DNA from: Longivirga aurantiaca
GTDB taxonomy: Bacteria > Actinomycetota > Actinomycetes > S36-B12 > CAIYMF01
DNA: 24,414 nucleotides
NCBI RefSeq assembly: GCF_042660085.1
Contig: NZ_JBHSTI010000015.1
Location: 1-24,414, forward strand
Reading direction: 5' to 3'
How positions within the stretch are numbered: the stretch's first letter is position 1; every line of letters begins with the position of its first letter. The notes beneath the pieces are model-generated. The model made no database searches. It was not told where the DNA came from and worked only from the letters and a program-made list of their open reading frames with translations. A program made the position numbers and the translations under genes. This document shows positions 8,136 through 16,070 of the stretch, one piece after another.

Positions 8136-9494
8136 TCAGCCGTCTGTCGAGATGAAGATGTTCTTTAGTTCGGTGTATCCGTCGAGGGCCGTCATTCCGA
8201 GCTCCCGTCCCATGCCCGACTGCTTGAACCCACCGAATGGAGCCTGTAGGCGGACTGAGGTACTGGAATTCACCGAAATCGAGCCAGTCTCGAGTCCGCG
8301 CGAGACGCGGATCGCTCTGCCCACGTCACGGGTCCAGACCGATCCCGACAAGCCGAATATCGTGTCGTTGGCGAGAGTGATTGCATCGGCCTCGTCATCG
8401 AACGGGATGATGGTCACGATGGGTCCAAAGATCTCTTCTCGCACAACTCGATGATCGCGAGGCGGATTCAGGACGATGTGGGGTGACATCCAATGGCCGG
8501 GCCCCGTGGGTGCCTCCGTCGGCGCGACCACATCGAGCTCGATATCGAGAAATGACTCGACCTTGTCAAGGTGGTTCCCCGAGACCAAAGGGCCCATCGT
8601 TGTGGCCGCATCGAGCGGATCTCCCACCACCATGGATCCCGTAGCCGACGTGAACAGTTTGACGAACTCGTCGTATGCCCCGCGTTCGACAAGAATTCGA
8701 CTTCGGGCACAGCAGTCTTGACCCGAGTTGCCGAACACTGCGCCTGTGCTCTCGACCGCCACCCTTTCCAGGTCGGCGTCCTCGAAAATGACCGCCGCGG
8801 ACTTCCCACCCAGCTCGAGGGTGACGCGCTTCATGGTACCTGCCGCAGAGCGCATGATCGTCTGACCAGTCTCGGTTGAACCAGTGAAGCTGATCTTACC
8901 TATCCCGGGGTGCTCCGTTAGTGCAGTGCCGACGATGGGGCCCTTTCCGAGGACAACCTGGAATAACCCGTCGGGAAGGTCAGCATTTGAGATCAGTTCC
9001 CCGAACTTGCAGATGGATAGCGGGGTTATTTCTGCCGGCTTTACAATCACAGAATTGCCGCAGGCAATGGCGGCTGCCACATTCCAGGCGGCAATCGCCA
9101 ACGGAAAGTTCCACGGTGCGATGACGGCTACCACTCCTATCGGCTCATGCACAGTGAAGTCCATGCCGCCGTCCACTGGGATGGTCTGGCCGAAGAACTT
9201 GTCGATGGCGCCGGCGTAGTAATCGAATGTGTCGGCCACCATGGACACCTCGGCTCGACTGGCTCCGATCGGTTTGCCGACATTCGACGTCTCAATGCGG
9301 GCAAGCTCTTCCGAGTTTGCCCGCACTAGTTCGGCGATACGTCGCAGCCCATCGATGCGGCTGCGTTGAGGCAGTCGGGCCCACGTCCGCTGGGCACGCT
9401 GGGCGCGTTCGACAACATCGTCAACCAACGCAAGCGGCGTGTCCCGAAGCTCAGCGATCACGGCGAGGGTGGAAGGGTTGACGATCAGACTCAT
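8136..9494 (-). CDS. NAD(P)+-dependent aldehyde dehydrogenase
   Basis: 452-aa ORF with the Glu motif VTLELGGKSA, the catalytic Cys motif FGNSGQDCCARSR, plus FTGSTETG, EEIFGPIV and PFGGFKQSGMGRE. ATG at 9492-9494 has a GAGG-like sequence upstream. Confidence 0.9.
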   Translation of the reverse strand: MSLIVNPSTLAVIAELRDTPLALVDDVVERAQRAQRTWARLPQRSRIDGLRRIAELVRANSEELARIETSNVGKPIGASRAEVSMVADTFDYYAGAIDKFFGQTIPVDGGMDFTVHEPIGVVAVIAPWNFPLAIAAWNVAAAIACGNSVIVKPAEITPLSICKFGELISNADLPDGLFQVVLGKGPIVGTALTEHPGIGKISFTGSTETGQTIMRSAAGTMKRVTLELGGKSAAVIFEDADLERVAVESTGAVFGNSGQDCCARSRILVERGAYDEFVKLFTSATGSMVVGDPLDAATTMGPLVSGNHLDKVESFLDIELDVVAPTEAPTGPGHWMSPHIVLNPPRDHRVVREEIFGPIVTIIPFDDEADAITLANDTIFGLSGSVWTRDVGRAIRVSRGLETGSISVNSSTSVRLQAPFGGFKQSGMGRELGMTALDGYTELKNIFISTDG

Positions 9495-10118
9495 AGGGGA
9501 ACCTCGGCGCTAGTGGGGCGTTCGGCAGTGTCGAGAGCAAACCTGTCATTCGCGATCGCACGTGCAGACCGTCTGTTCGCCCCGCGACTTGGCGTTGACG
9601 CTGGATACCCTCCACGGCTCGGAGGTCAGGAACAATGTTCGGACTGCACATTGCGACGACCGACAGACGCCACCTCGCCCACTGAACCGGCGTTGGCTGA
9701 GCGGTTGAATAGGCTCAATCAGCGTGCCGAACGAGTTCGGTGGTGGCGTCCCTGGCATTGCTTGTAGGTTTCGTGTCCGGCAAGCCGATGGTCGGCGGTC
9801 TCGCATGAGTTTCGCACGCTCGTGGCGCAAACTCCCGAATAGCCCGACCATAGACCGGCCTCACACGGCAGCTGCACAGGTCCCGCGATCGAGACGCGGC
9901 ACCGTGCCCATCGTCTTGGTCGGGAATCGTCTGGAGACTCGATGCCAGTGGCATTCGGACTGGACGGGTCGTGACGAGCCAGGGAGCCATGACCAGGCGC
10001 CGTTCCTTGGGGAGTGGGTTGTCCACTTCGTGACCAACATCGGGCGACAGGACAACGCCACGCACGCCAGCGTTCCGCGTTCACCGCGTCGCCCCAATGA
10101 ATGCCGGTGCCGAGTGAG

Positions 10119-10172
10119 CCTACAAAACTAGGCCATGAATGACCCTTGTAGTCAGGCCATAATATGCCCTAC
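10119..10172 (+). promoter_or_regulatory. Candidate promoter/operator of the mutase operon
   Basis: This is the only AT-rich patch in the 738-bp divergent intergenic region. TAATAT (10160-10165) fits an actinobacterial TANNNT -10 box. It is flanked by the inverted half-sites CCTACAA (10119-10125), CTTGTAG (10145-10151) and CCTAC (10168-10172), and by the direct repeat AGGCCAT (10130- and 10154-). A strong RBS GAGGAGGAG (10219-10227) precedes GTG 10233. No -35 box is convincing. Confidence 0.3.
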
Positions 10173-10232
10173 TGTTCCATCCACATTGGATCCGACCCGA
10201 GGCATCCAAGGTTCGGCTGAGGAGGAGCGAGC

Positions 10233-10634
10233 GTGTTTGACGTCAGGACCACAGGTGACGAGGCCTTGATCCGTCTTCGGCTCGCACCCAGCGACGCTCG
10301 GTACGCGGGCAACCTCGTCGCCGGCTCCAAAGCGCTGGAGATCTTTGCCGATCTCGAGACCGAGTTGTCACTGCGCGAAGGCGGCGATGAGGGACTTTGC
10401 GTCTCATACAGCTCGGTCAACTTCGCTGCCCCCCTGCGCGTTGGGGACTTCGTCGAAGGCATCGCGAGGGTCGTGGAGCGCGGCAACACCAGCCGCAAGG
10501 TCGAGGCTCGCCTCTACAAAGTGCTGAGCGTGGACGAGAAGGGCCTGTTGATCGATCAGGACGGTCCGGTGTTGGCCGTCTCCGCGGTGGCGACGATCGT
10601 CGTCGGCCGAGGAACTGCTGCGCAGGAGTCCTGA
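10233..10634 (+). CDS. Hot-dog fold protein resembling 3-aminobutyryl-CoA ammonia-lyase (Kal) / beta-alanyl-CoA ammonia-lyase
   Basis: The 133-aa product contains ...RLRLAPSDARYAGNLVAGSKALEIFADLETELSLREGGDEGLCVSYSSVNFAAPLRVGDFVEGIARVVERGNTSRKVEARLYKV... The Y-x-G-x-LV-x-G, GDEGL, F-x-AP-(L/V)-x-x-GD-(F/Y) and GNTSRK stretches match my recollection of Kal-family proteins. GTG start with a strong RBS. The stop is 1 nt before the ligase start. Confidence 0.65.
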   Translation: MFDVRTTGDEALIRLRLAPSDARYAGNLVAGSKALEIFADLETELSLREGGDEGLCVSYSSVNFAAPLRVGDFVEGIARVVERGNTSRKVEARLYKVLSVDEKGLLIDQDGPVLAVSAVATIVVGRGTAAQES

Positions 10635-10635
10635 C

Positions 10636-12126
10636 GTGTCAACTTTCGGGAGCACCCTCGTTTCGTGGATCGGGGCGGTTGCGCGGGCACACCCGAACGA
10701 TCCGGCCTTGATCTTCGAAGGTGACACGTGGACATACAAGGACCTCTGGCATCGTTCAGCCTCGATCTCCCGCGAGCTATTGGCGAAAGGCCTTCGCCGC
10801 GGAGAATCCGTTGGGCTCGTCGGAGCAAACGAAGCGGTGTACGTCGCGACCTACTTCGGGATCATGCGTGCCGGCGCAACGGCGGTTCCCCTGAACGCCA
10901 TGCTCGACGTCAAGTCGCTCCGCGAACAACTTGAGCTCGTCGAAGCCACCAGCGTCTTCGTCGGTCACGTCGCCGAGGGTGTTCGAGACGAGCTCGCTGA
11001 GTCCTTTCGAGTTCTCCCCATGCATGGCTCAGGCGCCGCTGTCAGCCGTTCCCAGCTACCGGCCGTTAGAACGAACACTCCGTGTTCGATCATGCTCACG
11101 AGCGGCTCCACCGGGAAGCCCAAGGGAGCTGTCCACACGCAAGGAACGATGCTGCACGCTGCGCTTCAACTGGGCTCCATGTTCCCATTCGGCCCTGGTC
11201 AGCGAGGTGTGGTCTTTCTCCCGCTGTACGCCTGTATCCCGGAGCAGGTCTTGCCGATGCTGTGCATGGGCGGCGCGTTGGAGATCCTGCCGCGATTCGA
11301 CATCGAGAGAATCGCGGACGCCTGCCTCCAGGCGACGACGTTTGATGCCGTTCCCACCGTGATGGGCCGGCTCATCGAGCACGCTCCCTTGGACAAGCTC
11401 GCTCACCTCGAATGGGTTCTGTTCGCATCTGAAGCGATGCCGACCGCCTTGATCAACCGGTGGTGGGAGGAACTCCCCAACGTGGAGACACATCAGTTCT
11501 ATGGGATGACCGAGATCCTCCCGCTCACGGCCGCAAGTCATCGAATGCTTCGTGCCGAACCGACGACCGTGGGTCGGGCTTTCCCGACCACCTCGATCCG
11601 AGTTCAAGCGACTGACGGCTTCGAGTCTCTCGATGGCAGCGGTGAATTGGTCGGGATGAGCCCCGCCCGAATGCTGGGCTACTACAACGACGATCCAGCG
11701 ACTGCTCGCGCGGTATCAACCACTGGGGGAATGCACACAGGCGACATCGGACGTATCGACGAGAACGGGTTCGTGTATCTCACGGGACGCCTGAAGGACA
11801 TCATCATCACGGGCGGCATCAATGTCTCGCCCGGCGAGATCGAGCACGTCGCTTGCCACCACCCGGACGTTCTCTCAGCGATCGTTGTCGGGCTCCAGAG
11901 TCAGCGGTGGGGCGAAACGCCCGTCGTCGTTGCCGTGGCGAAGCCTGGCCGTGACCTCTCAGCGGATGAACTTCTCCGATACTGCCGGAGCAATCTCGCT
12001 AGTTACAAGCGCCCGTCCGGAGCCGCTGTCGTAACGAGCCTCCCGACGACCGGCATTGGCAAGGCTGCAAAGGAATCAGTCAAGCAGATGATCATGGACG
12101 GGGTGATCCTGCTTGTTCACGCGTGA
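10636..12126 (+). CDS. AMP-forming acyl-CoA ligase (adenylate-forming superfamily)
   Basis: 496 aa with the AMP-binding motifs MLTSGSTGKPKGAVHT, FYGMTE, HTGDIGRIDENGFVYLTGRLKDII and the C-terminal YKRP. GGAG lies 7 nt before GTG 10636. Confidence 0.9.
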   Translation: MSTFGSTLVSWIGAVARAHPNDPALIFEGDTWTYKDLWHRSASISRELLAKGLRRGESVGLVGANEAVYVATYFGIMRAGATAVPLNAMLDVKSLREQLELVEATSVFVGHVAEGVRDELAESFRVLPMHGSGAAVSRSQLPAVRTNTPCSIMLTSGSTGKPKGAVHTQGTMLHAALQLGSMFPFGPGQRGVVFLPLYACIPEQVLPMLCMGGALEILPRFDIERIADACLQATTFDAVPTVMGRLIEHAPLDKLAHLEWVLFASEAMPTALINRWWEELPNVETHQFYGMTEILPLTAASHRMLRAEPTTVGRAFPTTSIRVQATDGFESLDGSGELVGMSPARMLGYYNDDPATARAVSTTGGMHTGDIGRIDENGFVYLTGRLKDIIITGGINVSPGEIEHVACHHPDVLSAIVVGLQSQRWGETPVVVAVAKPGRDLSADELLRYCRSNLASYKRPSGAAVVTSLPTTGIGKAAKESVKQMIMDGVILLVHA

Positions 12127-13042
12127 GAGCCTCGAGACCGTACTGTCGGATGGTCGAGCAGGACTGTGGGGGCCGCTCGCCCGGGCGATCACTCGTGTCG
12201 AAAACACTCCGCCCTGGGAGGTTTCGATCTCCCGAGGGCCTACTCCGACGCACATCGTCGGCATCACTGGCCCGCCCGGTGCCGGCAAGTCCACCCTGAC
12301 CGGTCGGCTCATCGCGGCCTATGCAGACGCGGGCCAGCGCGTCGCGGTTCTCGCGATCGACCCATCAAGCCCCCTGAGCGGTGGAGCCGTACTGGGGGAT
12401 CGCCTGCGGATGGAGACGCACCTCAATGGGCGACCCAACGTCTTCGTGCGCAGTCTCGCGAGCCGAGGGTCACATGGCGCGGTGGCCGGTGCGACCCGAA
12501 ACATCGCGCGACTCCTAGAATTGTCAGGTCTGTTCGACGTCATCTTGATCGAGACGGTGGGTGCTGGACAGACCGAGGTCGCGATCGTAGAGGTGGCCGA
12601 CACCGTCGTGTTAGTGACAGTGCCGGGCTTGGGTGACGCAGTGCAAACGATCAAGGCAGGCCTGATGGAGGTCGCTGACATGTTCATTGTGAACATGGCT
12701 GACCGACCGGGGGCAGCCGAAACTGCTCGCCACCTCCGTCTAGCGGCTGGCCGAGCAGGACTCGTCCTCCAAACCACGGCCCGTGATGGGATCGGTGTAG
12801 ATGAAGTTCGCACAGCCCTACAGAACCGATGGGCGGAGCTGGCGAACGAGGGGCGGTTGGACGAACTGAGGGCCCACAAGTGGGGCTCGGACGCGGCGTT
12901 GATCGCCGAGGCCTGGGTAGGTGCCTGCGCTCGGGAGATGCCGGTCGCTATCCGCGAGACGATGGTAGGAGCCGTCGAAGAGATCTTGATCGACGCGTCA
13001 AAGCGTTGGCAGTTACAACGGCAGGAGCACCGAAATGAGTGA
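12113..13042 (+). CDS. MeaB/ArgK-type G3E GTPase chaperone for a B12 mutase
   Basis: Walker A GITGPPGAGKST, then AIDPSSPLSGGAVLGDRLRM and IETVGAGQTE. The base-specificity motif reads NMAD (12692-12703) instead of NKxD. The TTG start overlaps the ligase by 14 nt; the stop overlaps the mutase ATG by 8 nt. Confidence 0.9.
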   Translation: MFTRESLETVLSDGRAGLWGPLARAITRVENTPPWEVSISRGPTPTHIVGITGPPGAGKSTLTGRLIAAYADAGQRVAVLAIDPSSPLSGGAVLGDRLRMETHLNGRPNVFVRSLASRGSHGAVAGATRNIARLLELSGLFDVILIETVGAGQTEVAIVEVADTVVLVTVPGLGDAVQTIKAGLMEVADMFIVNMADRPGAAETARHLRLAAGRAGLVLQTTARDGIGVDEVRTALQNRWAELANEGRLDELRAHKWGSDAALIAEAWVGACAREMPVAIRETMVGAVEEILIDASKRWQLQRQEHRNE

Positions 13043-14714
13043 CACCACATCCGCCAGCGATGCAAGCGTCGAGGCGTGGAAAAGGGAAACCCTAGCCGCT
13101 GACTACGAGCGCGTGCGCCCGCGTCGGGATCAGTACCAGACGCTGTCTGGAGCGGCGATCAATGACGTCTACACCCCTGGAGACCTTGGTGGCTTTGACC
13201 ACGACCGTGACCTAGGCCTTCCGGGCCAGTACCCGTACACGCGAGGCGTCCACGCAAGCATGTTCCGCGGCCGGCCCTGGACAATTCGTCAGGTTGCAGG
13301 CTTCGGTCAGGCCGAAGACACCAACAACCGATACAAGTATCTGCTCAAGACAGGACAGACGGGCTTGTCTACGGACTTCGACCTGCCGACCCTGTTGGGC
13401 TACGACTCGGATCACGAGGTCTTCCGTCGTGAGGTCGGGAAGATCGGTGTCGCGATTGACACGGTTGTGGACATGCACGCTCTGTTCGATGAGATCCCTC
13501 TGGACCAGATCTCGACGTCCATGACCATCAACCCGACCGCGGCGATCTTGCTAGCGATGTATCGCGTTGTCGGCGACGAACGCGGCTTCTCCGGGGACGC
13601 ACTCACTGGGACGACGCAGAACGACATCCTCAAGGAGTACACGGCGCAGAACGAGTTCATCTTCCCCCCTCTTCCGGCGGTTGAGCTAGTTGTGGACACG
13701 ATGGAGTACGGCGCCCAAGTGATGCCTCGCTTCAATCCTCTCAATGCCTGCGGATACCACATCAGAGAAGCGGGCGCGACCGCGGTGGAAGAGGTTGGGC
13801 TGACAATCAGCGCGGCGCTGTGCTACCTGGAGCACGCAGTGGCGCGCGGCATCGACGTTGATCGGCTTGCACCGCGCGTGTCGTTCTTCTGGGACGTCCA
13901 CAACAACTTCTTCGAGGAGGCGGCCAAGCTGCGCGCAGCCCGTCGGCTTTGGGCACGGCTCATGCGCGAGCGGCTGAATTGCAAGAATCCCAAGTCGTGG
14001 CTCATGCGGGCCCATTGTCAGACCGCGGGGGTGTCGTTGACGGCGCAGCAGCCGTACAACAACGTGGCACGCACAGCTTTGCAGGCCATGGCAGCCGTAC
14101 TCGGAGGCACACAGTCTCTGCACACCAACTCACTCGACGAGGCTCTGTCGATCCCTTCGGAGAGTGCCATCAAGATTGCGGTGAGGACGCAGCAGATCAT
14201 CCTGCACGAGACGGGTGTGGCAGACGTGGTGGATCCCTTGGGCGGCTCCTACTACGTGGAGGCCCTGACCACTCAGATCGAACAGGACGCCATGGCGCTG
14301 ATCGAGCGGATCGATGCCATGGGAGGCATGATCAACGCTGTCGAGTCCGGGTATGCCGGCCAGCTGATCGCCGACTCCGCCTGGGAGCAGCAGGTCAAGT
14401 TGGAGAGCAACGATTCGATTCAGGTCGGGGTGAACGACTTCGTCGACGAGACGGAGGGTCAGCAGATCGAGATTGACCGCCCTGTCCCCGGCGTCATGGA
14501 ACGTCAGATGCAGCGGCTCTCGGACGTGAAGCGCACACGTGAGCAGAGGCGCGTATCGGAGACACTCCGCGCTATCGAGACTGCCGCGCCGAACCTGCAC
14601 AACAACCTGATGCCCCTCATCGAGGACGCGGTGCGCGCGCGCGCCTCGGTGGGTGAGATCTCTGACGTCCTGCGTGGCACCTGGGGCCAGTACCAGCCCT
14701 CCACCGTCTTCTAG
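13035..14714 (+). CDS. B12-dependent acyl-CoA mutase, substrate-binding (TIM-barrel) large subunit, HcmA/IcmA-like
   Basis: 559 aa with PGQYPYTRGVHASMFRGRPWTIRQVAGFG, GLSTDFDLPTLLGYDSD, GTTQNDILKEYTAQNEFIFPP and ACGYHIREAGATAVEE. There is no fused B12 domain, as in the split ICM/HCM enzymes. Confidence 0.9.
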   Translation: MSDTTSASDASVEAWKRETLAADYERVRPRRDQYQTLSGAAINDVYTPGDLGGFDHDRDLGLPGQYPYTRGVHASMFRGRPWTIRQVAGFGQAEDTNNRYKYLLKTGQTGLSTDFDLPTLLGYDSDHEVFRREVGKIGVAIDTVVDMHALFDEIPLDQISTSMTINPTAAILLAMYRVVGDERGFSGDALTGTTQNDILKEYTAQNEFIFPPLPAVELVVDTMEYGAQVMPRFNPLNACGYHIREAGATAVEEVGLTISAALCYLEHAVARGIDVDRLAPRVSFFWDVHNNFFEEAAKLRAARRLWARLMRERLNCKNPKSWLMRAHCQTAGVSLTAQQPYNNVARTALQAMAAVLGGTQSLHTNSLDEALSIPSESAIKIAVRTQQIILHETGVADVVDPLGGSYYVEALTTQIEQDAMALIERIDAMGGMINAVESGYAGQLIADSAWEQQVKLESNDSIQVGVNDFVDETEGQQIEIDRPVPGVMERQMQRLSDVKRTREQRRVSETLRAIETAAPNLHNNLMPLIEDAVRARASVGEISDVLRGTWGQYQPSTVF

Positions 14715-14737
14715 AATGGAACGAGGAGATCACAGTC

Positions 14738-15175
14738 ATGGCTAATTCCCCCGCAACGAACTCTGCACCCCTCAAGGTCGTGGTGGCCAAACCTGGGCTC
14801 GATGGTCACGACCGTGGGGCCAAGGTCGTGGCACGCGCGCTGCGTGACTCAGGCATGGAAGTCGTCTACACGGGCATCTACCAGACCCCGGAGTCGATCA
14901 TGCGCGCCGTCATCCAGGAGGACGCCGACGTCCTTGGTCTGTCCAGCCTCTCCGGTGCCCATCTGGATTATGCGGAGGAGCTCGGTCAGCTACTGCGGGC
15001 CAACGACAGAGCTGACGTGCTGTTCGTTGCGGGCGGAACCATTCCTCCAGAGGATGCAGTCAAGTTGAAGGAGTACGGAGTGCACGAGGTCTTCGGCCCC
15101 GGAACGCCGACGACTGTTCTGGTCGAGTACGTCACCACTTACGCAAGGAATGTGTCTGCCATCCCAGTTCAGTAG
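14738..15175 (+). CDS. Acyl-CoA mutase small subunit, cobalamin-binding domain
   Basis: 145 aa with KVVVAKPGLDGHDRGAKVVARAL (DxHxxG), LSSLSG (SxL) and VAGGTIP (GG). RBS GAGGAG at 14723-14728. Confidence 0.9.
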   Translation: MANSPATNSAPLKVVVAKPGLDGHDRGAKVVARALRDSGMEVVYTGIYQTPESIMRAVIQEDADVLGLSSLSGAHLDYAEELGQLLRANDRADVLFVAGGTIPPEDAVKLKEYGVHEVFGPGTPTTVLVEYVTTYARNVSAIPVQ

Positions 15176-15320
15176 CACCCCAGTTCTCGCAGGCCTACAC
15201 ACGATCCTCGCCGGGCGCTCTCATTGTGCGGATGTAATCGCCAGATTCGACGCGTATTCAAGCGAAGCCAAGTCGTCCAATGAGTTCACCTGCGCGGCAG
15301 GTTGGAGACGGAGCAGTAAA

Positions 15321-15899
15321 GTGGTCCACTTGACGCGCATATACACGCGCACTGGGGATGGCGGGCAAACCAGCCTCGGTGACATGAGCAAGACCAGCAA
15401 GTTGGATACCCGACTCCTTGCATACGCTGACGTTGACGAGGCGAACAGCCAAATCGGATTTGCGATCGCGTTGGGCGGGCTCGACGCGGACGTCGTGGAT
15501 GTACTGCGACAGGTCCAGAACGAGATGTTCGACGTCGGGGCTGACCTTTGCTGCCCCGTCGCAAAAGACCCGGCTCATCCGCCATTGAGAATCGAACCTG
15601 ACTACATCCGCAGACTGGAGCGCTGGTGCGATCACTACAACGCCCAGCTGCCAGATCTACGCTCCTTCATCTTGAGGGGGGGAGCTCCTTCTGCCGCCGC
15701 CGTGCACATCGCCTGTACCGTGACGCGACGCGCAGAGCGCTCGGCGTGGGCGGCCATCCAGGATCACGGCCCCACGATGAATGTTCTGACTGCGAAGTAC
15801 CTGAACCGCCTCAGTGATCTACTTTTCGTCCTGGCGCGGTATGCCAACCGAGACCTAGGGGATGTCCTCTGGGAGCCGGGGGGAGAGCGATCTACGTGA
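15321..15899 (+). CDS. PduO-type ATP:cob(I)alamin adenosyltransferase
   Basis: VVHLTRIYTRTGDGGQTSLGD...LLAYADVDEANSQIG...FILRGG...HIACTVTRRAERS...YLNRLSDLLFVLAR. GTG 15321 has GGAG 7 nt upstream. The frame is open from ATG 15150, but that 57-aa extension shows no family similarity. Confidence 0.85.
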   Translation: MVHLTRIYTRTGDGGQTSLGDMSKTSKLDTRLLAYADVDEANSQIGFAIALGGLDADVVDVLRQVQNEMFDVGADLCCPVAKDPAHPPLRIEPDYIRRLERWCDHYNAQLPDLRSFILRGGAPSAAAVHIACTVTRRAERSAWAAIQDHGPTMNVLTAKYLNRLSDLLFVLARYANRDLGDVLWEPGGERST

Positions 15900-16070
15900 A
15901 GGCCGGTCGCGGGTCCTTCGACGTCCCGCTTGTCTGTGGCTCGCCGGGCAACGGGGCGTTGAATGGGTTGGCCTCTGAGAGCCACAGCCAGGTCGGCGAG
16001 ATGGTCAGGTGTACCGCTACCGCTGCCTGGACGAGGCATTCTCCTTCGGGCCGCCACCCAGGTGGCTTTC

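Noticed and set aside
9925-10010. Possible cobalamin riboswitch upstream of the B12 operon (GCCAGTGGC and GAGCCAGGGAGCCATGACC vaguely recall GCCACTG and the B12 box AGCCAGGAGACCTGCC)
   Set aside because: The matches are partial and contain indels. The conserved GGTG..AA.CC...CCCGC.ACTG core is absent. B12 riboswitches normally control B12 supply genes, not B12-dependent enzymes. An Rfam cmscan (RF00174) would settle it.
12319-13065. 248-aa minus-strand ORF; also 15764-16471 (235 aa) and 3640-4350 (236 aa)
   Set aside because: All three are antisense to genes with strong family motifs (meaB, pduO/hbd, IS1380 transposase). All have biased Arg/Ser/Pro composition.
15150-15320. N-terminal extensions of pduO (from ATG 15150) and of hbd (from ATG 15963)
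   Set aside because: The extensions have no similarity to the respective families. The internal GTG starts give canonical N-termini (IYTRTGD; VGVVGSGMMG). ATG 15150 has its AAGGA directly abutting the start codon. The longer forms cannot be excluded without proteomic or ribosome-profiling data.
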